DNA of 64,000 nt from assembly GCA_045546075.1 (NCBI GenBank), contig JAZQCF010000001.1, positions 8,299 to 72,298 on the forward strand, written 5' to 3'. The DNA is from Candidatus Enterousia sp. Lineage in GTDB: Bacteria > Pseudomonadota > Alphaproteobacteria > Rs-D84. Below, in pieces: positions 29,627 to 38,814 of this stretch. The position numbers and the translations under genes were made by a program. Positions within the stretch are counted from its first letter, which is position 1, and the number at the start of each line of letters is the position of its first letter. The notes below the pieces were generated by a model that made no database searches, was not told the origin of the DNA, and saw only the letters and a program-made list of their open reading frames with translations.

Positions 29627-31249
29627 ATGATACAGAATAAAATGGATTTTTCAATGTATATTATAAAGCATTTATTTCGATTAATATGTATATCCGCAAT
29701 TTTGGCCGGATGCAGTGGCACGCACAATCGATGGTATTCTGAATATGACCGCGCAAATGTATCCACGCCCGCACAATTACAGTACGGCAGTTTTAGTCAC
29801 GATATGTACGGCACAGATTCAACTGAATCCATCGCGGTATTATTACCAACATCGGGTCCAAACGCGAACATTGGAAAATCTGTTCGTCCCGCGATTGAGG
29901 CGGCGGCAATGCAATTCGCATCAAACGGCACACGCATAGATTTTTATGACACAGGTTCGGGCGATGTGACACAAACGATTCGCACGGCGGTCGCATCAAA
30001 TCCCGGCGTTATTATTGGACCGGTCTTTGCCCAAAACGCGCGCATTTTGCGCGATATTAAGCCAACCGACATACCGGCATTGGCGTTTACATCCGATATA
30101 TCGGCGGTCGGGGACGGGGTTTTCAGTATGTCACTGTTGCCAACAAACACGATTGAATCAACCATTACCGAAATGCGTGCACGTGGCGGAAAACAATTTA
30201 TAATCATTGCACCCGACAATACGTCGGGTCGAACAATGGCGGGTGCGGCCAAATCTTTGACCGGAACATATAACATACGAAATACCGGTGTGTTTTATTA
30301 TAATGAACACGACACAGAATCTATTAAATCAACGGCAATGGCGGCGGCGATGTATACGGCACGAAACGCGGCAAACACCCGCGCCAAAGAAATTTTGGCG
30401 GACATATTAAACAAAGAAAATTTATCGGCAACCGAACGCACAAATATTGCAAAACAATTAGAAAACATAAATCGTACCGATACATTGGGCGATTTACCAT
30501 ACGATTCGATATTATTTATGGGAACGGGCGATGATACAAAATCATTGGTATCATTCTTGCGCTATTACGGGTTGGGTGCACGTGATGCCGGATTTTATGG
30601 CACCCCATTATGGGAAGACGGTGATATTGCAAACGATGTTGCAATGACGGGCGCGATGTTTGCAACAATGCCGGAAATACCCGCAGAATTTGCGAATATT
30701 TATCAATCTGCAACCGGCACGCCGGCGACACGCCTTGCGGCGATTGGTTATGATGCGACAATATTGGCACTGGGGGCCGTGCGCGCACACGACAACGCGG
30801 CGGCATACCTGATGAATCAAAGTGGCTACATAGGTGCGAACGGTCTGTTCCGTCTGCGCCCAAGTGGTTCAAATGAACGCGCATTGCGAATCGTACGCAT
30901 CAATGGCGATGGCACAACAACAACCGTAAAACAACCCGCCGCCGCGTTCACAATTCCAATATACACATCTACGGCAAATTATATCAGTCCCGCCGAACCA
31001 ATGTCTTTGATGACCGATGGCGTTAACCCAATGAAATATATTCACATACCGGAACGCCTGCGCGGAAAATATACCGCAAAAACATATGGTGCAAATCACA
31101 GTGTTGCCACACCGGACACGACTTTCTCATCTATAACGATATTACCAAATCAAGACAGTGAATTTTCAATCACCGCGGAAAACTATGCACCTGTGCCATT
31201 GGAAAATGTTCAACGCACATATATAGATTCTGTTGAAATAAATGAATAA
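29627..31249 (+). CDS. LppC/LpoA-like penicillin-binding protein activator lipoprotein (periplasmic-binding-protein fold)
   Basis: Lipobox LAGC and a type-1 PBP-like body. It is divergent from rsmI, the same arrangement as E. coli rsmI-lpoA. The functional assignment is by analogy. Confidence 0.55.
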   Translation: MIQNKMDFSMYIIKHLFRLICISAILAGCSGTHNRWYSEYDRANVSTPAQLQYGSFSHDMYGTDSTESIAVLLPTSGPNANIGKSVRPAIEAAAMQFASNGTRIDFYDTGSGDVTQTIRTAVASNPGVIIGPVFAQNARILRDIKPTDIPALAFTSDISAVGDGVFSMSLLPTNTIESTITEMRARGGKQFIIIAPDNTSGRTMAGAAKSLTGTYNIRNTGVFYYNEHDTESIKSTAMAAAMYTARNAANTRAKEILADILNKENLSATERTNIAKQLENINRTDTLGDLPYDSILFMGTGDDTKSLVSFLRYYGLGARDAGFYGTPLWEDGDIANDVAMTGAMFATMPEIPAEFANIYQSATGTPATRLAAIGYDATILALGAVRAHDNAAAYLMNQSGYIGANGLFRLRPSGSNERALRIVRINGDGTTTTVKQPAAAFTIPIYTSTANYISPAEPMSLMTDGVNPMKYIHIPERLRGKYTAKTYGANHSVATPDTTFSSITILPNQDSEFSITAENYAPVPLENVQRTYIDSVEINE

Positions 31250-31268
31250 AAAAAGAGGGAATGTAAAT

Positions 31269-31514
31269 ATGAGAACGATATATAAAATCTTTATCGCGTG
31301 CCTTTTAACCGCCATTGTTACCGCGTTTGTCACGGCCCACGTTGTTCGACAAAAATATGAATGGACAGACACAATGGAATATCTGTGCAAAGACGATGCC
31401 GCCCCAGATTTGAATGGATGCTGTCCGGGTGAAACATATACAGATATGGGTGAAGCCGGGTTTAATTGTTGTCCAACCGATGGTGGTGATTGTTTTCCAC
31501 CGATTGAAAAATAA
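31269..31514 (+). CDS. Small membrane-anchored protein carrying the C-x9-GCC-x14-CCP-x5-C motif
   Basis: GAGGGA SD 7 nt before ATG 31269, one N-terminal TM helix, and C-terminus LCKDDAAPDLNGCCPGETYTDMGEAGFNCCPTDGGDCFPP, which aligns with the C-terminus of the 50716-51336 product. Confidence 0.55.
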   Translation: MRTIYKIFIACLLTAIVTAFVTAHVVRQKYEWTDTMEYLCKDDAAPDLNGCCPGETYTDMGEAGFNCCPTDGGDCFPPIEK

Positions 31515-31637
31515 AAAACTTGCTCTGGGCATTATTCTAAACTATCATATTTTTTGGAATCTTATGGGAAAAAGTTTCGGGACCTTCACAAGTCCAAAAC
31601 GGAAGTCGCAATAATTTAACAGTTATTGTTTTTCCCA

Positions 31638-31781
31638 CGTGGTGATTTACACCACACCCCCAATTTGCTGTTGGGGGGGCGTTGGTTATACAACAGGTGC
31701 AAACCAAAAGCCAACGGGATTACTGACTTCTGTGATTTTGTGAACTCCCCCAACTGCCATTAAGATTCTGGCAGTTTTTTT
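31638..31781 (+). promoter_or_regulatory. Structured leader or small RNA upstream of the Stealth gene
   Basis: Hairpins GTGGTG-ATTTA-CACCAC (31638-31654), CCCCCAA-TTTGCTG-TTGGGGG (31656-31676) and CGTTGG...CCAACG (31679-31715). A second CCCCCAA (31746-31752) abuts the terminator stem. A possible promoter TTGCTC-17-TATCAT lies at 31519-31547. Confidence 0.4.
31753..31781 (+). terminator. Rho-independent terminator 25 nt upstream of the Stealth start codon
   Basis: CTGCCA-TTAAGATTC-TGGCAG followed by TTTTTTTT. Confidence 0.7.
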
Positions 31782-31806
31782 TCACAAAAATATCAGGAGT
31801 CATAAA

Positions 31807-32811
31807 ATGCAAAAAATAGATTTAGTTTATATGTGGGTTGATGGTAACGATAAAAAATGGCAACGCGAAAAAGAAAAATATCTGGCCGGCGAACGCGGCA
31901 AAACAAACCTGCCGCCCGATGCGACCGTGGATGCCCGTTGGCGCGATAACGATGAATTAAAATACGCCCTGCGCAGTGTGGAAAAATACATTCCGTGGAT
32001 AAATCATATTTATATTATTACCGGATTTAACCAGGTTCCAAAATGGCTGAACACCAAACATCCAAAAATTACAATTATCCCACATCAAGACATAATGCCA
32101 AACTATGCAATGCCGACATTTTGTTCCGACAATATTGAAATGTGTATCGGCAATATCTCTAATCTGGCAGAACATTTTTTATTATCAAATGACGATATGT
32201 TTTTTGCACGCCCGCTTGCCCCGTCTTTCTTTTTTGATTCCCGGGGGCGCGCGATTTTCCGTTACCATAAATCACATAAATTTATTCAATGCATTGGTTT
32301 CGCATTAGAAAAACAAACAGATTACCGGCAAAGATTAACCATCGCGCAACAAAAAATATATAAAACATTTAATAAAAAACTGTTTACATACCTGCCATCA
32401 CACGGAATTGATCCATATATAAAATCCACAGTTATAAATTGCCGCAATCACCCACTTATAAAACGTGATATTGATTTACAGTTATTTGATAAATTTCGCC
32501 ACGGCAATCAAATTCAAAGAATTATTTTTAACCTGTACGACAAGATACACGGCACCGCAAAATTCATCCGCACCCGAAACTATAAACAAACAAAATGCAA
32601 ATTATGGAATAAAATATATAACGCAATTCATTGTCGGTGCATTAAAAATTCGCCGTGTTATTGTACCGATGCAAACAAGGCAAATTTATATAAACGTACA
32701 CCACCGATTGTCTGTATAAACGACACTGCAATAACAACCGATGAAATGCGTGAAAACAATCGAAAGTGGCTTGAATGGAAATTCCCAACAAAATCCAGTT
32801 TTGAAAAATAA
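31807..32811 (+). CDS. Stealth family (CR1-CR3) sugar-1-phosphate transferase, capsule or exopolysaccharide type
   Basis: CR1 IDLVYMWVDGNDKKW, CR2 RDNDELKYALRSVEKYIPWINHIYIITGFNQVPKWL and CR3 FLLSNDDMFF. Confidence 0.8.
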   Translation: MQKIDLVYMWVDGNDKKWQREKEKYLAGERGKTNLPPDATVDARWRDNDELKYALRSVEKYIPWINHIYIITGFNQVPKWLNTKHPKITIIPHQDIMPNYAMPTFCSDNIEMCIGNISNLAEHFLLSNDDMFFARPLAPSFFFDSRGRAIFRYHKSHKFIQCIGFALEKQTDYRQRLTIAQQKIYKTFNKKLFTYLPSHGIDPYIKSTVINCRNHPLIKRDIDLQLFDKFRHGNQIQRIIFNLYDKIHGTAKFIRTRNYKQTKCKLWNKIYNAIHCRCIKNSPCYCTDANKANLYKRTPPIVCINDTAITTDEMRENNRKWLEWKFPTKSSFEK

Positions 32812-32814
32812 ATT

Positions 32815-34179
32815 TTAATCTAAATCACGCAAACTAACATTGTCACCATCGACAATTACAATTTTGCCGGATTTGACATCAAACATATTTGCAACCGTGG
32901 AAAAATCGCGCAATGCGAACAAATCCGGCGTATAGACAGATTTTACACCACGCAGTATACATAATTGATTCGCAATCAAATCATTATCACATATGGCGAT
33001 AATCGGCACATCGGGCCGACGACATGACACCATTGTTACAGAATCTGTATCACGTGCGAACACAATTATTGCCGATGCGTGATTCAAATGCGCCATTGAT
33101 GACACTGAACGCGACCAATCATTCTCGTGCTCTGCGCGTGTCCAATCACCCGAATTTTCAATGGCATCCATATCGGTATAAGACAAAATCTTGTCCATTG
33201 TTTCAATAACCTTTACCGGGTTTGCGCCAATGGTTGTTTCTTCGGATGTCATTGTTGAATCGACACGCAAATATGCTGCGTTTGCGACATCACTTATTTC
33301 TGCGCGGGTTGGAAATTCACTTGCCACCATAGACCCCAGCATTTGCGTAGCCATCATCACAGGCCGATTTAATCGCCGGCATTCACGAATAATTTTACGC
33401 GAAATTGCCGGCACCTGCTCGAACGGTAATTCGACCGCCAAATCGCCCCGTGCAATCATAATTCCATCGGCGGCGGCGGCAATTTCGGCGATTCGTTCGA
33501 CCGCGTTTCGTCTTTCTATTTTTGCCATAATTTTAATCGGTGCCGCCGTGCGGGCGGTAATAAAATCCCGAACCGCGGCAATATCTTCGGGCCGTTGCAC
33601 AAAAGACACCGCAACCCAATCCGGTTTTTTTGTTATGGCATATTCTAAATCCGCCCTGTCCTTGTCGGTTAACACAGACGTTTTTATCTCTGTATCCGGC
33701 AGGTTAAATCCCCGTCGCGACCAAATTTCTGTTCCACGCACCACACGTGTTTTGACCACGCCATTTGCAACGTCTGTAACCTGCATTTCTATTTTACCAT
33801 CGTTCAATAAAACCCTGTCCCCGACATTCAGTGATTTTAACACATCGGCATCCGGCATATTTACCCGGGTGGAATTACCCGGTGCCGGATTTTCATCAAA
33901 CGTAAATGTTTGCCCAACCGAAATCGGGTATTTTTCTTCGGTTTCAAAATTTCCAATACGATGTTTAGGTCCCTGCAAATCAACTAAAATTCCAACCGGA
34001 ATATTCAAATCGCGCGAAATACGGCGAACAGAATCAATTTTATTCCCCTGAACATCACCGGTATCATGACTGAAATTTATTCTGCACACATTTACGCCCG
34101 CCAAAATCATTTGACGCAGAACGCTTTCGCTGTCGCAACTGGGGCCAATGGATGCCGTAATTTTCGTCAATCTGAACAT
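32815..34179 (-). CDS. pyk: Pyruvate kinase
   Basis: TKITASIGPSC...NVCRINFSHD...IMIARGDLAVELP...ATQMLGSM. Confidence 0.93.
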   Translation of the reverse strand: MFRLTKITASIGPSCDSESVLRQMILAGVNVCRINFSHDTGDVQGNKIDSVRRISRDLNIPVGILVDLQGPKHRIGNFETEEKYPISVGQTFTFDENPAPGNSTRVNMPDADVLKSLNVGDRVLLNDGKIEMQVTDVANGVVKTRVVRGTEIWSRRGFNLPDTEIKTSVLTDKDRADLEYAITKKPDWVAVSFVQRPEDIAAVRDFITARTAAPIKIMAKIERRNAVERIAEIAAAADGIMIARGDLAVELPFEQVPAISRKIIRECRRLNRPVMMATQMLGSMVASEFPTRAEISDVANAAYLRVDSTMTSEETTIGANPVKVIETMDKILSYTDMDAIENSGDWTRAEHENDWSRSVSSMAHLNHASAIIVFARDTDSVTMVSCRRPDVPIIAICDNDLIANQLCILRGVKSVYTPDLFALRDFSTVANMFDVKSGKIVIVDGDNVSLRDLD

Positions 34180-34256
34180 TTTTTACTCTTTCGGGTTTGA
34201 TTTTTACAATTTATGGTATATCATAAAACGTACATTTTAACAAGGGGAAAACATAT

Positions 34257-34505
34257 ATGAAAAACGCAAATCACGGGGCACTTGATAACACTCAGTTGCT
34301 GTCTATAATTGAACGTATCGAAAAATTAAACGAAGATTCTGCCGCCATTGCCGCAGACATCAAAGAAATTTACAGCGAGGCTAAATCCGCCGGATTCGAC
34401 CCAAAATACATCCGTCAAATGATACGCCTGCGGAAAATGGACCCGGACGAATTGGACGAAACGGACGAATTGACCCAAATGTATCGTAATGCACTTGGAC
34501 TGTGA
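34257..34505 (+). CDS. gapR: GapR/DUF2312 (UPF0335) nucleoid-associated protein
   Basis: QLLSIIERIEKLNEDSAAIAADIKEIYSEAKSAGFDPKYIRQMIRLRKMD is the hallmark alphaproteobacterial DUF2312 sequence. Confidence 0.85.
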   Translation: MKNANHGALDNTQLLSIIERIEKLNEDSAAIAADIKEIYSEAKSAGFDPKYIRQMIRLRKMDPDELDETDELTQMYRNALGL

Positions 34506-34819
34506 TGAAAAAATTTACCAAAACCATCGAAGATTTTGTTTGCGCCCATTGTGGCGCGATGGTTTTTGGTAATGGCTATACAAATCATTGTCCACATTGC
34601 CTGTGGTCACGACACGTAGACAACAACCCGGGCGATCGTGCGTCAAATTGTGGCGGAATGATGACACCAATTGCCGCGGCACCGGCGGGCGACGGTTTCG
34701 TTATAACGCACAAATGTGAAAAATGTGGAAAAACCATAAATCAACACTCATCAAGCAACGATAATACCGATGCGATAATTGCATTAACCACAAATTCAAA
34801 TTTTATATTTGGAAAATAA
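34502..34819 (+). CDS. RNHCP domain protein (Zn-ribbon)
   Basis: FVCAHCGAMV...YTNHCPHCLWSRHVD...CEKCG. ATGA overlap with gapR. Confidence 0.7.
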   Translation: MMKKFTKTIEDFVCAHCGAMVFGNGYTNHCPHCLWSRHVDNNPGDRASNCGGMMTPIAAAPAGDGFVITHKCEKCGKTINQHSSSNDNTDAIIALTTNSNFIFGK

Positions 34820-34827
34820 TTTTAACT

Positions 34828-36759
34828 ATGCGCGATTGGATTGATGCACAAAAACCAAATGTATTTTTATGGGCGCCAATTTTTCTGGCGTTGGGAATGG
34901 CGTGTTATTTTTCCATTGGACCGGAACCAAACCTACAAAAACTGATTTTTGCTTTAATCACCGGTATATTTGGAATAATATCCTTGCGCAAGATTCCATT
35001 TGTCGCATTGATAGCGTGCATCTTGTTTGGATTTGGCTATGCCGGTGTTTATGCGCATATAAAGAACACACCACAATTATCAAACGATTTACACGGTCTG
35101 GAAATAACCGGACGAGTATTGGACACCGAACAAACAAATGAAAAAATCAGGATACACATTAAAACAGAAGATTTTGGTATTGTGCGCGTATCCACGACAG
35201 ACAATATAGTATTAAAACCCGGTGACATTATTTCCGGCGATGGCGGTCTGTTCAAACCCAAACCCGCGAACGTACCGTATGGATTTGATTATGCGCGACA
35301 CGCATATTTTAATAACCTGACTGCGACCGGATACATCGAAAACATTAAAATTGTCTATACGGCGAAATCCGGCGCATACAGCATACGTGACACCATCAAG
35401 AATCGTGTAAAATCTTTCCTTGCCAATTCACTTTTGTTGGGATATAAAAATGCTGTCCCAATCATCCAACGCGATATATGGACACAAAACGGCGTTGCAC
35501 ACCTGTGGTCAATCAGTGGTTATCATTTGACATTAATTGCAGGATGGTTGTTTATGGTATTTTACATTATATTCCGTTGTATTCCAAAAATCGTCCGGCG
35601 AATTCCTGCACGAATTCCGGCCACAATATGTTCATGGCTTGGATTGGTCGGTTATGTATTTTTATCTGGTGGTGGCATCGCAACATTACGCGCATTTATT
35701 ATGGCAACACTGGTTATGTTGGCAATCATCATTGGTCGCAGCGCGATGTCTATGCGTATGGCGGCCGTGGCATTTATTATATTGGCATTGATAAACCCAT
35801 ATAACATTATGCGCGCCGGATTTCAGTTATCGTTTTCGGCAATATTTGGGATTTTGTGGTTATGGACAATTATTTGTCCGGCATTACCGAATCGAAAAAT
35901 AATCCGGTATTTTTATACTGCAATTTTAACAGCATTGGTTGCAAGCATATTTACGGCACCATTTGTCTTGGCACACTTTGGCACGATACCATTATATGGA
36001 ATTTTGGGAAACTTGATATTTTTACCATTGTTTTCCTTTATACTTATGCCCACCATAATCATTGGGACAATATGCGCATTGATTGGCATATACAGCCCAA
36101 TCGCATTTGCACATAATGTGTATGATATATTGTTTTCTATTGCGGAACATATTGCCAATTTACCATTTGGAAATTTAAGCCTTGGCACACCACCAAATGT
36201 CAGCCTGGTCTTTATGATTATAGGGCTTTCGTGTTTGATTTTTATGCGTAACGTCGATAAATTCCGGACAATATTCACACGACACATAAATGTATTTATA
36301 TCAATATTTTTGATTTGTATTGGAATTGCGATATGGTTGTCATCGCCCCGCCCCATATTTTACATATCTGCCGACCATAAACTAATCGCGGCATCAGTTA
36401 ATGGGAAATTAAAGTTTAACAAATCACGCGACAGTGGAAATTATTTTGCATTTGATAATTGGAAGAAACTAAATCGTGAAAAAACCGGCACAGAAAATGA
36501 ACGCTTAACCAAAGAATCCGGTGTATACACCATTTCACGGCCGGGATGGAAAATTATTTATTTACCAAATTTTGCATCTGTTTCCAAAAATATCACTGCT
36601 ATATGCACGGACCCAAACGTGCGATATGTCGCATCATATTTTGATATAGATTCTACCAAATGTGCCAAGAAAATTATTTATGGTGGTGCGGTAATTTATA
36701 AATCGGGCCACATAGATTACATACCGTCTAATCGTCTGTGGCATAATCCGCCCGAATAA
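34828..36759 (+). CDS. comEC: ComEC/Rec2 family DNA internalization channel protein
   Basis: N-terminal TM helices plus an OB-like DUF4131 region, then the polytopic Competence domain (GVAHLWSISGYHLTLIAG...). I saw no HxHxDH metallo-beta-lactamase motif in the C-terminal ~170 aa. Confidence 0.85.
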   Translation: MRDWIDAQKPNVFLWAPIFLALGMACYFSIGPEPNLQKLIFALITGIFGIISLRKIPFVALIACILFGFGYAGVYAHIKNTPQLSNDLHGLEITGRVLDTEQTNEKIRIHIKTEDFGIVRVSTTDNIVLKPGDIISGDGGLFKPKPANVPYGFDYARHAYFNNLTATGYIENIKIVYTAKSGAYSIRDTIKNRVKSFLANSLLLGYKNAVPIIQRDIWTQNGVAHLWSISGYHLTLIAGWLFMVFYIIFRCIPKIVRRIPARIPATICSWLGLVGYVFLSGGGIATLRAFIMATLVMLAIIIGRSAMSMRMAAVAFIILALINPYNIMRAGFQLSFSAIFGILWLWTIICPALPNRKIIRYFYTAILTALVASIFTAPFVLAHFGTIPLYGILGNLIFLPLFSFILMPTIIIGTICALIGIYSPIAFAHNVYDILFSIAEHIANLPFGNLSLGTPPNVSLVFMIIGLSCLIFMRNVDKFRTIFTRHINVFISIFLICIGIAIWLSSPRPIFYISADHKLIAASVNGKLKFNKSRDSGNYFAFDNWKKLNREKTGTENERLTKESGVYTISRPGWKIIYLPNFASVSKNITAICTDPNVRYVASYFDIDSTKCAKKIIYGGAVIYKSGHIDYIPSNRLWHNPPE

Positions 36760-37471
36760 AATAAAGGCCCGCCGCCGGTGCGGTTGCGCCCGCCGCCGAA
36801 CGATTACGCGCGTCAAATATATTGGCGATATTATGTTTTGCGCCCAAACCAATTTCAACCAACGTGCCAACAATATTTCTAACCTGATGATGCAGGAATG
36901 ACCGCGCCGAAAATTCGAAAATCACTAAATCACCTTTTTGCTCTATACGGCACGAATCTAGGGTTTTTATCGGGCTTTTTGCCTGACACTGCGACGCACG
37001 AAACGATGTCCAATCGTGTTCGCCGGGCAATAATTTTGCCGCGTTGCGCATCGCATCTATATCCAATTTTTTCGGCACCCACCAAACCCGATTCGCATCC
37101 AAAACCGGCCGTGCCGAACGATTTAACACAATGTATTTATAATGCCGCGCAATACAGGAAAAACGCGCATTAAAATCATCGGGCACAATTTCGCAATTCA
37201 ATATTGATACCGGTGCATTATTCAAATAAAAATTTACCGCCCGCATAACGGTTGCGGCATCAAAATCTTTATCTAAATCAAAGTGTGCCGTCATCGCAAC
37301 CGCATGCACACCGGCATCGGTCCGCCCCGCCCCAACAATATCTGGCCGCGCACCACAGAATTTTTCTATTGCGTCTTTTAGCAACGATTGCACAGACGGG
37401 CCTTGGGTGTTTTCCTGCCACCCGATTAAATCCGTTCCATCATATTCCAAAATTACTTTATATCGCGTCAT
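36728..37471 (-). CDS. truA: tRNA pseudouridine(38-40) synthase TruA
   Basis: YKVILEYDGTDLIGWQ...GAGRTDAGVHA...FLHHQVRNIVG. Confidence 0.92.
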   Translation of the reverse strand: MTRYKVILEYDGTDLIGWQENTQGPSVQSLLKDAIEKFCGARPDIVGAGRTDAGVHAVAMTAHFDLDKDFDAATVMRAVNFYLNNAPVSILNCEIVPDDFNARFSCIARHYKYIVLNRSARPVLDANRVWWVPKKLDIDAMRNAAKLLPGEHDWTSFRASQCQAKSPIKTLDSCRIEQKGDLVIFEFSARSFLHHQVRNIVGTLVEIGLGAKHNIANIFDARNRSAAGATAPAAGLYFIRADYATDD

Positions 37472-38274
37472 TATTCACCATATTTAATCTCTGCGCCGTG
37501 CAGGCCGTTTACAAAACTCTTCCAATCCATGGGGCGCCGCCCCACAGGCTGAACAGTAATAATTTCCAACCTGTCGCCGTTCATTTTTGTCTTTAATATT
37601 TTAACATCTATGCCGTTTATTTTTGTGCGACCCGCACCAAGTGCACGCACCAAATTATGTATTTCAATCGGCGATTTTTTCCAATCGATAATTTCGTCGT
37701 ATACAGTGGTTTTCGCCGTATAGACGATTTTTCCACTTTGTGGAATCGGTGGATATTTTTGTGGATTTTCCATATATTCAACAATCATTTCGCCACCGAT
37801 TTTCGAAACTTTGTCTTCCACCGTTTCATTTGTATCATCAATATCAATATTGAATTTTTTACACATTAAAATATCGCCGGCATCCAATTCATTTGTCATT
37901 TTCATTAAACACACACCACTTTCAGCATCACCATTTTTAATCGCGGTGCGAATTGGTGATGGCCCACGATAGCGTGGCAACAGACTTGGGTGCAGGTTTA
38001 CACACGGTGCAGAATTCAAAACATTGTCGCGCAATATCGCGCCATATGCCGCAACGAACACCATATCGGGCGCAAAGTTATATTCGGCGGGCTTATGATA
38101 TACCGGAATCCCACGCGATTCCGCCCAAATATGCACCGGCGATTTTGTGATGATATGTTTTCGTCCCACGGGTTTTGGTGCACGTGTAAAAACCGCAATG
38201 ACTTCGTGTCGATTTGCCACGGCATCAAATATTGGCACAACAAAATCCGGGGTTCCCATTAAAACAACTTTCAT
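37471..38274 (-). CDS. fmt: Methionyl-tRNA formyltransferase (short, 267 aa)
   Basis: MKVVLMGTPDFVVP...NLHPSLLPRYRGPSPI...DAGDIL. 1-nt overlap with the truA start. Confidence 0.9.
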   Translation of the reverse strand: MKVVLMGTPDFVVPIFDAVANRHEVIAVFTRAPKPVGRKHIITKSPVHIWAESRGIPVYHKPAEYNFAPDMVFVAAYGAILRDNVLNSAPCVNLHPSLLPRYRGPSPIRTAIKNGDAESGVCLMKMTNELDAGDILMCKKFNIDIDDTNETVEDKVSKIGGEMIVEYMENPQKYPPIPQSGKIVYTAKTTVYDEIIDWKKSPIEIHNLVRALGAGRTKINGIDVKILKTKMNGDRLEIITVQPVGRRPMDWKSFVNGLHGAEIKYGE

Positions 38275-38771
38275 TTGCGCCGCCTTACCTTGCGCATAAC
38301 CATTTCGCGCTTTGCACCCGTCAACAGGTCGATAAACAGCACACCGTCCAAATGATCTGTTTCGTGTTGCACAATGCGCGCCATTATGCCCGACATTTCG
38401 GCGGCATATTTTTTACCGTCCACCCCCATCCATTCTACACTGACAACCGCCGGACGCGACACATTGGCATAGACCGGCAAATCATCCGGCCCCAGCACCG
38501 ACAGGCACCCTTCTTCCATAACAACGGTATCAATCGAACGGGATGTAATAACCGGATTTATCATTTTGAAAACTTCTTCGGTTTCCGGATTCATCATCAC
38601 CAAGAATCGTTTAGTCACGCCAACCTGGGGCGCGGCCAGGCCGACACCACTTTGGTCGCGCATCATTTTGACCATTTCATCCATGTTTTTCAAAATCTCT
38701 GGGGTAATATCGTCCACCGGGGAACACTTTTCCCGCAACACCAAATCACCACAAAGTTTCATTTGCAACAT
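38271..38771 (-). CDS. def: Peptide deformylase
   Basis: GVGLAAPQVG, EGCLS and QHETDHLDG motifs. Confidence 0.93.
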   Translation of the reverse strand: MLQMKLCGDLVLREKCSPVDDITPEILKNMDEMVKMMRDQSGVGLAAPQVGVTKRFLVMMNPETEEVFKMINPVITSRSIDTVVMEEGCLSVLGPDDLPVYANVSRPAVVSVEWMGVDGKKYAAEMSGIMARIVQHETDHLDGVLFIDLLTGAKREMVMRKVRRRK

Positions 38772-38814
38772 ACATAAATCCTTTTATAATGAAATGATAG
38801 CAAAGGATTTCCAA

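Noticed and set aside
31515-31806. Checked this gap and 41171-41526 for tmRNA (one- or two-piece), SRP/4.5S RNA, RNase P RNA and 6S RNA
   Set aside because: I found no GGTTCGA-type T-loop with an ACCA end, no alanine-rich tag reading frame, no GGAAGCAGCC-type SRP helix 8, and no GAGGAAAGTCC P4 motif. The regions remain unassigned rather than called as known RNAs.
33191-34051. 286-aa ORF on the plus strand
   Set aside because: It is antisense to pyruvate kinase, so it is a shadow ORF.
38566-38814. Upstream extension of the rmuC ORF
   Set aside because: It overlaps the def coding region on the opposite strand. ATG 38815 gives the expected RmuC N-terminal TM helix.
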